Positions 31,798 through 42,858 of a stretch of DNA of 64,000 bases are shown here, piece after piece; the first letter of the stretch is position 1, and every line of letters begins with the position of its first letter. The DNA is from Corallochytrium limacisporum Hawaii. Its lineage: Eukaryota > Protista > Pluriformea. The stretch is from the NCBI GenBank assembly GCA_002811645.1, contig PDIP01000043.1:1-64000 (forward strand), in the 5' to 3' direction. The notes beneath the pieces were generated by a model that made no database searches, had not been told where the DNA came from, and worked only from the letters and a program-made list of their open reading frames with translations. The position numbers and the translations under genes were made by a program.

Positions 31798-33003
31798 GGA
31801 ACCTGCGAGCGGGCGACAGATGCCCTGAACTGCAAGCACCCCGCGCACATGCACGCGCCCAAGCCAGACAAGAGGAGGGTAATAGAGTATAAACTCTACC
31901 AAAAGTCCCAAGCGCAGCTGAACGCACTCGGTTCCGTCTCCCCCATTTTTCTTTCTTTCCTTTATTTTTTTTCTTTTCTCGTCGTCATTGGATTTTTAGG
32001 CTAGGGCCATAGTTGCAGTTGTTTGTTGCGTTGGAGCAAGCGCTACCAGGCCCAGAAAATAGAAAAATGAAACCAAAAAGAAAAAGAAAAAAAGAAAGAG
32101 CAGGTCGGTGAACCTCCTCCCTCCTCTCCACCGACCATTGGCTCTTCCGCGGGAGAAAGGGGGAGGGGGAGAGGGGGAAAGAACAAGGAGACAAGGGCTC
32201 TCCATTACTCCTCCTACATTAGCTGTAGGAAATGCAGTGAGCCGGGGCCGGCGCTGTCCTACCTAGCACTGACCCAACTCGCGTCCCTCTCTCTCGCTCT
32301 CTCTCGCTCCCTCTCCCTCTCTCTGTGCTGGAGCGACGACACGGGGAGAGAGGAGGGAGAGAGAGAGAAGTTCAAAAAAGAGACAGCGAAGGGGAAATTA
32401 GCTATTGCAAAGACGTCGGTCACAACCGTGTGTGTGCGTTGCGTGTTTGTTCTCTTAACGATTTCGATGATATGAACATGTCTCAGCAACAAAACGGAAC
32501 AATAGGAAACATTAAAGTGTGGAAGCCGACCGGCCCATAGGAACGAATTGAAGGCGGAGGGAAGGGAGGGGGGGGAATGATTTGGAAGACCCACCCAAGC
32601 TCTGTCTGTCTGCGGCGCCCGTGTGCTGATGAGATGCCAAAAGTTGTTGTTGTTGGAGGTGGGGGGAAAAGGGGAGGGAGAGGAGGTTTCAGTTGGTGTT
32701 CCGGGCTAAATTTATTGATCCGTTTTGGTATATTATTTAAATAATTTGCTTTTTCCGGAGATGTGGCGCGAAACGGGCACACGGGCCCGCCCGGTGGAGG
32801 GTACCGTTTCGGTTGGCAGCAGGGAGCGCACCAGCAGCATGGGACTCGAGCTATTTTGCCATGGGTTTATAGGAACCAACCCGTAGCTATTTCAATTTAA
32901 GGTGTATACTGTCCATAGCAAACTTTCTGAAGCAGTGGTTCGGAAGTCAACAGCGTGAGACAAAGGTTTAAAGAATTGAACAGGGCATGCAAGACACACC
33001 AAT

Positions 33004-34110
33004 ATGCCGGGTAGTGCGAGCACGATCCACCAAGCGCTGGAAAACCCTTTGAGAGTACAGTACAGTAATAGCTATGACGAGGAGCAATGTCATTTAATTG
33101 ATCTGCCTCAAGAAGTCATTACAGAGCTGCAGGACGGCGGTGTGGTGAGGTTGAAGGCAGATCCAAAAGGTGTGCTGAGCATGACCACAGAGTCAAACAC
33201 ATACGAGCTCAAGTTCTTGGACTCGTCCAACCTGCGATTGCTGACCACAATAAAAGAATCACAAAACCTGGGGACTGCGATGTCTGCACTATCTTCAGAC
33301 GTTGCTGTGCGGAAAGTAGAACCGGACTTGTCGTGTTTAAGCAGATATTGCAACGTGCTGCGTGAGAATTGCATGGATAGCAATGACACAAACAGTGGGC
33401 AGACCATCCAGGAAGTCTTCCAGGAGATTCCAGCTAGCGAACTCGAAATCCGCACAGCTATGAAGCGGATACAGGCTTTTGAATGGCAAGGAAAACTTTT
33501 TGTCTTTGAGAGCAAATTCAAGAACTCCATGCTCAATATCATCCTGGATGCAGTCGATGCTGGTCATTGGACACTGGAAAGGATCGATGTGGAACACGTG
33601 CTAAAATTCCTACAGAAAACCGGGTTCTCTGTTGATCTGGTCATCGTGCGTGAATTGCTGGGACTAGTGGGGACGCAATCGCTTGATGAAGTTGGTGTAT
33701 ACAACATCAGTGCCCGTTTTGCTGCAATCTTCCGCGCGGAAGAGATTCTACTGACACAACACGAGAAGCAACCGCTTGGTATGATATACGAGCACTTTAT
33801 GGAGGCCTGGGAAGCCTCTTGCAATGACTGCGTCGATCCGGATCCGGAGCTGCTCGCTGATCTAGCCGTGATATACACAACTGCGGGACACCAAAAGGTC
33901 ATCAAGTACCTCCCTGCCAGCAGGCTGCCCACTGATCCCAAAGCACGCATGGATGCCCTATTCAGTGAAGTTCAGAAGTGGCCTGCCACAGAGTTTGAGA
34001 AGTTTATGATCAAACTCTTCGGATCCAAAGAAGAGTTGGAGGACTTTATTGTGCACAATATTAAGTGCACTGTTGTGGGGAATCACGGTGAGAAAATCTA
34101 TGTGAACTGA
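33004..34110 (+). CDS. DSCC1: Sister chromatid cohesion protein DCC1 (Ctf18-RFC subunit)
   Basis: TTESNTYELK..DSSN, ASELEI, FMEAW, LPTDPKARMDALFSEVQKW pattern; typical length. Confidence 0.8.
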   Translation: MPGSASTIHQALENPLRVQYSNSYDEEQCHLIDLPQEVITELQDGGVVRLKADPKGVLSMTTESNTYELKFLDSSNLRLLTTIKESQNLGTAMSALSSDVAVRKVEPDLSCLSRYCNVLRENCMDSNDTNSGQTIQEVFQEIPASELEIRTAMKRIQAFEWQGKLFVFESKFKNSMLNIILDAVDAGHWTLERIDVEHVLKFLQKTGFSVDLVIVRELLGLVGTQSLDEVGVYNISARFAAIFRAEEILLTQHEKQPLGMIYEHFMEAWEASCNDCVDPDPELLADLAVIYTTAGHQKVIKYLPASRLPTDPKARMDALFSEVQKWPATEFEKFMIKLFGSKEELEDFIVHNIKCTVVGNHGEKIYVN

Positions 34111-34284
34111 GTAAGTATGTCCTGTACTCTATCCATTGTTATTGACCACTAACCACGTCCGTCCTGGATTGCGAATCCACTGTAGGATACGGCGCCAAAT
34201 ACTGGTCATAGATTTCTTCTTTAAAATTGTTTCTGGTTTGCGAAGACACCCAATACTAACCTAATTTTCACTGTTGTCATTAAT

Positions 34285-35910
34285 CTATGCAGGCTTCATG
34301 GTCAGATCCATCACGGGGAACTCCCGGCTTGTGTGCTCCTCTAAGTGTGTTTGAGAGCGATCGTTGTGATCCCTATAAACATGAGCGATATTAAAGTGAT
34401 CGTCCTGTCTTTCAATTCTCAACAGCGAAGATGCATGAAAGCCAGAACTCGGCAGTGCGCTAATGTGTGTGATGGCTACAGGTGCCGGCACGCCATTCCA
34501 AAATTCGGTGTTCATGTAGCAGCAGCCATTGCGTTCAATCAGACAACTCAGTACCGGTCCGACGGCATTGTTGTGCTGGTGACCACGAACAACACCACTG
34601 GATCCATTGCGACGATGCATCCAATCGACGAGCTCTTTGCCATGCCCAGTCCCGCGCGCGGTCACCTCCTTAATGGCAATGTCCGGGTCAGTGACAAAGT
34701 CGTCCCAACTGTAACCAATGGTCACAGGAGACGTCATCGATTGTGGACGGAATTCGCCGGCGAGGTTGCGGGCCAGACTATTGTTGGACTTTATAACCCG
34801 ATCCAACTGCTGCACAAGAGACTGGTAATTGGGTTCCTTCGTATCAAGGACATCAACTGTGAAACCGAGGCGATCATACGTTTGGATCTCTCCAAAGCAT
34901 TGTTTCAAAGGGTGCTCCAAGATGTCTCGGGTGTTGAATCCTAGCTCGCCGACGCCGTGGCTGAATTGCAAGAACGCGGCCGTATCTCTCCTCCCACCAG
35001 CGGGCCACCCAAGGTACAGACCCACTGGCAAGAAGTCAAAGGTGTCCACAAACATGTGAAACAGACGCTCCACCTCGTGTCGGGACCTGAACTTCGCTTT
35101 CAGCTCATCTAGCAGACCCCAGTTAATGTTCATCGGCGCATCCTCATGATTACCCCGAGTCATAAATACCTGTGTGGGGTTAATCAACTGCAATAATAGA
35201 GCGGTGTATAGCACCTCGGATCCGTTCGCGCCACGATCAAGAATGTCGCCGAGGAATACCAGGGCGACATCGTTCCGTACGTACCACTGGTCATCAATGA
35301 CACCTTGCTTGAGGAGGTACGTCAGTGTATCGCTCATGACCTGCATATCACCGTGGAGATCTCCCCAGACGTAGACTGTGGTGCCAGGTTTAAGCACTGC
35401 CTTTTGGACGTGAGGGCGGAAGTCTCGTCCTCCTGGAGACAAATCTGGGTTGGCATACTGACCTAGGCTCTCTGACTTCACATCGCCACACCATCGACTC
35501 CTATCGCCCTGCAGAGCTGATTTGTGGTACTTGAATCCCAGCAGTAAAGTTTCCAGTAATTCCGAATTTTCCAGATCGAAGTATCCATTTTCCTGGTGCG
35601 TGCGTAGGGTACCGATCCACGTTGGAAGGTTCTGTTTACCACCATACCGATCATTGGTCTCGTGCATGACAAAATCGTCTCCGTAAACATCTTGCGTTGC
35701 AGCCGAGTGGCTCCCCACATTTTCTGCGTGTCGATCAACTGCCACATTCTGCGCTGAGCTTGAATACATGTACAAACCCAACAAGAAAATAGTAAAGATG
35801 CTTAAATTTCGCAACATATTGACCTGACTACGCTGCGGCTGTTGCGGTTCCTCATCTCCTCCTCCAGTTGGACTTCGTCTAGATGGGCGAAGGCCCGTCG
35901 GTACTGGCAT
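34285..35910 (-). CDS. PPP-like metallophosphoesterase with N-terminal signal anchor
   Basis: GDLHGD, GDILDRG, RGNHE, SHG, RGHQH motifs; TM segment LSIFTIFLLGLYMY near the N-terminus. Confidence 0.85.
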   Translation of the reverse strand: MPVPTGLRPSRRSPTGGGDEEPQQPQRSQVNMLRNLSIFTIFLLGLYMYSSSAQNVAVDRHAENVGSHSAATQDVYGDDFVMHETNDRYGGKQNLPTWIGTLRTHQENGYFDLENSELLETLLLGFKYHKSALQGDRSRWCGDVKSESLGQYANPDLSPGGRDFRPHVQKAVLKPGTTVYVWGDLHGDMQVMSDTLTYLLKQGVIDDQWYVRNDVALVFLGDILDRGANGSEVLYTALLLQLINPTQVFMTRGNHEDAPMNINWGLLDELKAKFRSRHEVERLFHMFVDTFDFLPVGLYLGWPAGGRRDTAAFLQFSHGVGELGFNTRDILEHPLKQCFGEIQTYDRLGFTVDVLDTKEPNYQSLVQQLDRVIKSNNSLARNLAGEFRPQSMTSPVTIGYSWDDFVTDPDIAIKEVTARGTGHGKELVDWMHRRNGSSGVVRGHQHNNAVGPVLSCLIERNGCCYMNTEFWNGVPAPVAITHISALPSSGFHASSLLRIERQDDHFNIAHVYRDHNDRSQTHLEEHTSREFPVMDLTMKPA

Positions 35911-36250
35911 ATCAAAACATTACGTGTCCCTGTGTCGCATAGGTAGATTTCGCAGAATTTCTGATACCATGTTTCATAACTATGCTCCTGAACCCGGCCC
36001 TAAGTACGTGATAAGTGTGACATGTCGTTTGAGACCGCTCTCCCGACTGACCACCATCCCGACCGTGTGGTGTGGAAAGGGGGGCGAAGGGGAGGGAAAG
36101 CTCCAGTTCAAACGAAAGCGCTTGGCGCGCAGCACCGCAGGCACAATGTTGCTGTCGCCAATTTGAACGCGCGGGTTTCTTTTTTCACTTGGATACTCGC
36201 TTTTATTTAATTCCAAACAGCGATTATGTTTGGTTTGGCACGGAAAAGAA

Positions 36251-37183
36251 TTAGAGGAAGTAGTCAGGAGCCCGGCGGGTAACATGGGGCTCGCCACGGC
36301 GAGGAGCTGGATCAAACTGCAAGAACGTGTAGCTCAGCTTGTCGTCCAGTTCCATAATAGCAGCCTGATTACCGCAGCGGTAGCAGTAGTTAGGTGCACT
36401 AAAGATGGTGACGACGTTGCGCTCATGGCTCCAGTTGTAACCTTCCATGACCAGTTGATGGGCACGCGCCACCAAGGTCAAACCGTTATTGTGATTAAAC
36501 GCTTCCGAAATGTCCTGTCCGAAGGTGTAGCCAGCACCGCGAGGGCTAATACCCCAACCGCATCGATCGTCGGGATCAGACCACAACAGATCACACATGG
36601 GTCCTTCGTGAGGCACTTCCTGCAGACGGTCTAGTGACCGAATGTGATCCAAAGTATCAATGGACGGGCTGAGACCGCCATGGAGGCAGAAGATCTGGTT
36701 TTCCACCAGAGCAGTCAGAGGCAAACAGTCAAAGAGCTCTGTGAAATATTTCCAGACATTGGCGTTTCCATACTTCCGCAGGCATTCATCATAGAAACCG
36801 TAGACCTGGGTAATTTGGCGAGATTCGTGGTTACCGCGGAGAATAGTAATGCGGTCGCGGTATCTGACCTTCAGGGCAACTAAGAGGGTAACAGTCTCAA
36901 CAGAGTAGTAACCACGATCCACATAGTCTCCCATGAACAGGTAGTTGGTGTCAGGGAGCTTGCCTCCAATTCTGAACAGTTCCATGAGATCGTGGAACTG
37001 TCCATGGACGTCTCCACATACTGTGACAGGGCAGCGAACGGCTTGCACATTCTGCTCATTCTCAAAGATTTCCCGTGCTTTGGTGCAGAGGGACTTGACG
37101 TCTTTTTCGCTGAGCTGTCCGCACTCATAAAGCTGGGCAATCCAGCCGTCTACATCGCTATGCTGCTTTGTGATCTCTGACAT
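36251..37183 (-). CDS. PPP2C: Protein phosphatase 2A catalytic subunit
   Basis: [29 protein letters not shown]-terminal PDYFL; very close to animal PP2A-C. Confidence 0.98.
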   Translation of the reverse strand: MSEITKQHSDVDGWIAQLYECGQLSEKDVKSLCTKAREIFENEQNVQAVRCPVTVCGDVHGQFHDLMELFRIGGKLPDTNYLFMGDYVDRGYYSVETVTLLVALKVRYRDRITILRGNHESRQITQVYGFYDECLRKYGNANVWKYFTELFDCLPLTALVENQIFCLHGGLSPSIDTLDHIRSLDRLQEVPHEGPMCDLLWSDPDDRCGWGISPRGAGYTFGQDISEAFNHNNGLTLVARAHQLVMEGYNWSHERNVVTIFSAPNYCYRCGNQAAIMELDDKLSYTFLQFDPAPRRGEPHVTRRAPDYFL

Positions 37184-38540
37184 TGTGTTTGAATTAAAGT
37201 GTCGATTCTATGTTCTTTGGCTCCGTATGATACAATATATAAAAGAAATGTCACCGCCAAGAAGATGTTTACCCACAATGTTCCCGTGTGGGTAATTCTA
37301 AATAATGAAGTAAAAACAAACTTGTGATATTCTTGAATCCCCTTGATGCTGACCAATAACTATGAATGTATGGTCATATACACCCGGTACAGGAACTCAG
37401 TATCACAACCGGCTGCTATCGGGAGATGGAAAAATACATTTTTGAAATAAGTTCACAGTGTCATGACACCCATATTTCTCAAAATGAAAAATTTGCAGGC
37501 AAGTGGAACCCTCGCACGAGATCCTCAACACAATCTCACACTCCGTATGGACTGAACTTAGGCGCCAGGTGTGCGACAGAACAAGAGAAAAATTCATACT
37601 CTTCACCACTCTGTGGGCATTGTGGCCTACAGGTCTCTCTCCACTGCCAGTTCCCGCGTATGGAACACAAAGTAACAACAGAAGAAGGTCTCTGGCAGCC
37701 CCCTCACCTCCCCAGAGGCAAGAGATTAATCACACAAAACAAGGAAAAAGGCGATTTCGTGGTGCAGCGGAGCGATCGGTTGGAAGCTGTGAAACAACCG
37801 CGATTGGGCGCGCCTAGGAAAAGAAATGGAAAAGGTCGACATGTGCCAAACCGGCGCTTCACGTCTCCTCCTGTGTGCACCCTTCTAGGTCTACTCTGTA
37901 GATCAGTGTTAAAAAACCAGTTGTAGGCAGTGACGCCCTCCTTTCGTTGCCGTCGTGTGTGGTGCGTGTGCGTGTGGTGGCTTCCTGTTGGGGCATTTTG
38001 CCATGCATGCAGCCCAAACATAAGCGATCCACGCAGAACAGGTCCCCCCCTCCCCCCCCAAAGGGGGGGAGGAGAATGAGCGCGATAGGACCATTTCCTT
38101 TTTTTGTTTTTCCTTCCAGATTCACCTTGGCTGCGCGCCCGGAGGTCCGTTCATTCCGCTGGGGCCACCAACCTATCTTTCTTTCGGTGGAATTTTGCAA
38201 AGGACGCCATACCTGGTGCTTATATTTTAAAGACGCCGGATATTTATATTCGGTATATCGAATTCGAAGCCCCGTTCGGACGGTCGTCCAGGAGGTGGGG
38301 GCGAAAAAGAGACTCCCCTCTTTCACTTCGGATGCCGGAGCGGGTTCGACCTGATGGGGAAAGGAGTATCGGTCAACTGGAACATTGGGTACTTCATCAT
38401 ACGGTTTCAGGTTCCCAACCTTCGCAAGATCTCCTAATTCTTAACTCAAGGAGCCTTTTTGAGCATGTTGATCTTCCAACACATAGATAACACTCTATGC
38501 TCGGGTATGATTTCAACATCAAGCGCACTCAGCAGGGGCT

Positions 38541-38917
38541 TTGGCTGCCAACCGGGATTCTCAGCTGCAGCAAATATCAATCCAATTTAGAGAGCAACTA
38601 AGCAGAATGAACGAGATCACCGACTCTCAAAGAGACGAGCTGGAGAGTCTTCGGAGGGACAAGACCATCCCAAAGAAGGCAATAGACAACCCACTAGCGC
38701 ACACGGTCGAGGTGCCCAAGGGGTCAGTTAGAAACAGAGGTGTATTTCCAGCGAAACATCAATCGTCAGCAGGTACATCATCGGAAGCATCGCCTCTCCA
38801 ATGGATGATGGGAGTGCCCTCCAATTCTCACATTACGTGGCTATGAAACGCCAAGTCCGTGAAACTGAAGCGGCGTATCGTAAGCTGATCAGTCTCGTAA
38901 AGGGTAACAAGGTTTAG
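38541..38917 (+). CDS. Possible Vma22/CCDC115-like V-ATPase assembly factor with unresolved structure (frame break)
   Basis: N-terminal coiled coil, GSVRNRG, PLQWMMGVPS, then in the -1 frame RQVRETEAAYRKLISLV. No clean ATG. Confidence 0.3.
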
Positions 38918-38972
38918 TTCTCGATATAGAGCAACTGTATCTATCGGATATTCTAACAATTCCTTATTGCCC

Positions 38973-39421
38973 TTACTTATCAGCCAGCGTAATGAAGATG
39001 CTGTGGCGCACCAGTCCATCCGGACATCGACTGATATGGCCCTTTCCGGTCGTATCTTCCGCCAGAACAATGTCACCGGGCTTGAAGCGTCGGGTCTCGT
39101 TCGTACTAGAAACTGTTATATCTACGCAGCCTCCTGAAAGCATAATAACGTACTGCCGCGTAGGTGCATTATGCCAGTCAAAGTCATAAGAAGGCGGTGT
39201 TTCCCGGAAGATCACTTGCTTGACATCTGGTTCAGATCGAAAAATCATTAAAGTACTACAAGTTAGTGTCACGTTTCAGGGTTAGGAATTATCATATGAC
39301 AAGAATACTTACCCTGTCCTTCACTCAAGGAACCAATTTCTCCCTTATTGTGCAAAGGGATTTCAATATCTTCAAAGGCAGAATCGCCTGTTTCGGTGGT
39401 GTATACACGCGTAACTTTCAT
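38973..39421 (-). CDS. Small cupin-fold protein, bacterial type; 2 exons (39421-39313, 39226-38973), 120 aa
   Basis: Exon 1 MKVTRVYTTETGDSAFEDIEIPL; 86-nt intron GTAAGT...CTAAC...CCAG; exon 2 DWHNAPTRQY...GDIVLAEDTTGKGHIS. Splicing restores the frame exactly. Confidence 0.85.
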
Positions 39422-40964
39422 CTTTTGACATCCGCCAGTGCTTGGTTCAGATCTGTAGATCTCTACGTATTGTTGAACTCAAGCCGGTTCTTCTTTTTTT
39501 TTAAACACCTTGGTGCATTACATAGCGATCTGTAACCACCCTGTCTACGATCTTTCTCTGCAACAAGTGGCGTCATCGAACCAAATCCAATTGTGATCAT
39601 TGGAATGTCCCGAGACCCGCACTTTGTCCGACTTCCGCCACACCTGGCATGTGAATCCACCGCAGGGGGTTAAGAAAACAGACCCGTCCGAGCGCCATGG
39701 ATATTGATCATTTTATGCGTATCAAATCAATTTTATGACCCTTTGAAGTCACCCCGAAGTTGGCGACAAATTGCCCCTCGGAACCCAAGACTTGTTCATA
39801 CCCAGAGGGGGCTGTGGGTTCTCTAGCCAAGACAGCCCGAACGAATGGTGAACGAGTGGCCCCTCAGGACAGACTTTTCTCCAAGCGACCTACAGAGCCG
39901 CAACCAGCAGGGCTCCCCCCTACCCCCCACATCATTCATTCGCACCCGGAGGGCTTCGTGATTTGGGGCGCATTTTCACCGGACGAGCTGAGCTCTCTCG
40001 CCACACCGGACCCCGCCCCCTTCCCCTCCACTCTCCCGTCCGCCTCTGGGGCAATCGCTTTGGGGAGGCGGTTCCAGCAGGCGGACGACGCTCCCCCGAT
40101 CGGGCCGCTCCAGCCACAAAACCACCGCACAGAGTGAGGTTACTCCTTTGTCTTGGGAACTCTTACTATAGCGGTGGCGCCCCATTTCTTCGTCAACACT
40201 GGAAGAATTGGCCGCTTTTGGCGTGAGTGGGGGAGCATTCGGACGCCGGGGGACCCATCGCTCCCCATACAGAACCTATGGGCGGCTGCGAAGCAGTGCA
40301 AAATTTAGACTCTTTGAACGAGTGGTCTGACCCTGTAGTTTATGTAGCTACACAGGATTGAGTGGCTGTTCCGATATCTACGGAAGTGGATACATGTTGA
40401 ATGTACCGAGGAGACGGCAGAACGGCAGGTGCTGACTTCGCTGGCAATTAAAGTGTGTGGAGCAAGGCCTGTTGATTTCTGCCGGCCTTTGTATGAACCT
40501 CGTCGTAGCCGCGCAGGTGATGCACACGCCTGGATGCGTTGGCAATTCTGTAGGCTCTCTCAGCAGCTTCCATAATGAACATTCATCCAGCGGCAAGTGA
40601 CACGTATATGAAGGAAATACGACCGCCTGAATTTTTTGTGGTGTTGTTCCAGCTATAATCAAAAGAGGGCTAAGATCCAGCTACCTGATCTTCTTCCGCA
40701 CTGCTGCCGAGCGATAAGTCCGTCAACGATATAGTAGTTTCCAAAAGAGAGGGGACAGTAGGCTATGAACAGTCATATTGGGATGGCAGCTGTGGCTGAG
40801 AATGTGAGATAGGTGCATAAGATTTCGATTCAAGTCCACTTTGGTCTTAGAGGATTGTCAAGAACAAACTGGCAGATCGAAGAAAGAGCAAACAGAGTGG
40901 TCGGGGCGCAGACCACTCTGGAAATACTTCTCCACCTTCCAAAAGAGTTCGTGTAGACCGCAAC

Positions 40965-42704
40965 ATGCCGGACCTGCAACGGGACACCCCGCCAGCCAAG
41001 ACGAAAGTTACAAATGGCAGCGCCCAGCAGAATGGTACGATGCATGCCAATGGTGACACAACTGCGACTCCGCTCTCTGAGCGTAACCGGGAGGTGGTGC
41101 GCCTCATTGTCCAGTACTTGAATTCCATAGGTCTGTCTCCTGCAGCAAGACAGGTGGAAGAAGATAGTGGACAGGTACTGGAACCAGAAGTAGTCACGAA
41201 GTTTAGGAATAGCATACTCAATGGGCACTGGACTGAAGCCTTGGATTTGCTAGATGAGCTCAAGATAACTGAGGCCCGGGCAAAGAAAGCAATTTGTTTC
41301 ATGGTGTATGAGCAAAAGTATTTGGAACTCATCGATTCTGGGGACTTGAAAGGAGGTCTTCAATGCATTAGGCACGAATTGGCACCAGTCTGCACTAAAC
41401 CTAGCCGTCTGCACGAGCTCAGCTCTTTCATGATGAGCAAAGATCGTGATAAACTCCACGAAAAGGCTAACTGGGATGGGCCAGACGGAGAAAGTCGGAA
41501 GCTCTTGCTCCAGAATGTGCAGAAGTACATTTCCCCGGAGTTGATGGTACCCGAGAACCGTCTCATGGAGTTGTTGCAGCAGGCCATCGATAGCCAGACG
41601 GCACGGTGTACATACCACAACACGTCAGATAGCACAGTCTCGCTATTGAAGGACCATCGGTGTGACCAGCGCCAAGTGCCTAACCAGTGCATACATGTTT
41701 TGAAAAAGCACAACGACGAGGTATGGATGGTTAAGTTTTCTCCGAATGGAAAGCTGTTGGCCTCTGCCTCCAAAGATGGGAAAGTCGTGCTGTGGGACTG
41801 TGAAAATAACTTTGCTTGTAAAGCTGTTGCGTCTGCGAACACGCATCATGACGCCATTCAGTACATTGCTTGGAGCCCAGGAAGTGATCAGCTTCTCACC
41901 TGCGGCGGATCCGAGGATAAGAGCGTGCGCCTGTGGACCATAGGTCCAGACGGTGCAAAGCAGAAGCGCAAGATCACCAAGCATCTTGAAACACTGACGG
42001 CATGTGCTTGGCTCCCTTGTGGAACTAAGTTTGTCACGGGTGGCAACGATAAGCATGTGTACCTGTGGGATGTCGAGCAAGAGGAACCTATTCACACCTG
42101 GACTAGCATTCGTCCTACGGATATTGCCGTAACACATTCTGGTGATGGCCTTATCATGACTTGCCAAGAGCGCCGAATTCGGTGTGTGAAGCTCTCTGAG
42201 CCTTACAATGAGACTATGAGTGTGGCAGAAAATGGTAACATAACATCTCTGTGCCTAAGTAAGAACGACTGCCATGTCCTGGTCAACATTACGGACCAGG
42301 AGGTGCACCTCTGGGATCTGAAAGAAGGTCGACTGACGCAAAAATACTACGGCCACAGCCAGGAGCGCTTTGTCATTCGAAGCTGCTTTGGAGGTTACAA
42401 TGAGGTTTTTGTAGTTAGTGGCAGCGAAGACTCAAAGATTTACATATGGCACCGTCACCATGCTCATCTTCTGAAGGTTCTCAGTGGGCATAAGGCACCT
42501 GTGAATTGTGTGGCATGGAGCCCAACCAATCACCTGCTTTTCGCCAGCGCCAGTGACGACAAAATGGTTCGTATCTGGGGCGTTGGCTCCAGTGACAACT
42601 CAGAGGACGACGATGATGCTCAGATTGCAAGCGACCAAGAGGAAGATGGGGATGACAATGCCTCCGAAGAAGATTCCGCAGAAGTCGATGGCATCACAGT
42701 GTAG
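40965..42704 (+). CDS. WDR26: WD repeat protein 26 / GID7 (LisH-CTLH-WD40, CTLH E3 complex)
   Basis: EVVRLIVQYL (LisH), EQKYLE (CTLH), PENRLMELLQQA, CTYHN, WD40 repeats with FVIRSCFGG. Confidence 0.93.
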   Translation: MPDLQRDTPPAKTKVTNGSAQQNGTMHANGDTTATPLSERNREVVRLIVQYLNSIGLSPAARQVEEDSGQVLEPEVVTKFRNSILNGHWTEALDLLDELKITEARAKKAICFMVYEQKYLELIDSGDLKGGLQCIRHELAPVCTKPSRLHELSSFMMSKDRDKLHEKANWDGPDGESRKLLLQNVQKYISPELMVPENRLMELLQQAIDSQTARCTYHNTSDSTVSLLKDHRCDQRQVPNQCIHVLKKHNDEVWMVKFSPNGKLLASASKDGKVVLWDCENNFACKAVASANTHHDAIQYIAWSPGSDQLLTCGGSEDKSVRLWTIGPDGAKQKRKITKHLETLTACAWLPCGTKFVTGGNDKHVYLWDVEQEEPIHTWTSIRPTDIAVTHSGDGLIMTCQERRIRCVKLSEPYNETMSVAENGNITSLCLSKNDCHVLVNITDQEVHLWDLKEGRLTQKYYGHSQERFVIRSCFGGYNEVFVVSGSEDSKIYIWHRHHAHLLKVLSGHKAPVNCVAWSPTNHLLFASASDDKMVRIWGVGSSDNSEDDDDAQIASDQEEDGDDNASEEDSAEVDGITV

Positions 42705-42858
42705 ATTGCAAAACTCATGAAAACAGAAAAGTAAAACTTAGTATTTAACTACGTCGGAATTGACTTTTTTCTTTCAGGTTCCTGTTCTTCTTTCTTCATC
42801 AATATGGCAACTAAGTGCAGACATGCTCAGGTCACGGAATGGGGTAGCTGATTGAACT

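Noticed and set aside
38280-38360. tRNA candidates from GGTTCGA motifs (also about 52852, 61180 minus strand, 62570)
   Set aside because: No paired T-stem or cloverleaf.
38320-38400. Segment LSL...GERSIGQLEH resembling a CCDC115 motif upstream of the ORF (scrambled gene?)
   Set aside because: Short, out of order, and probably a chance match.
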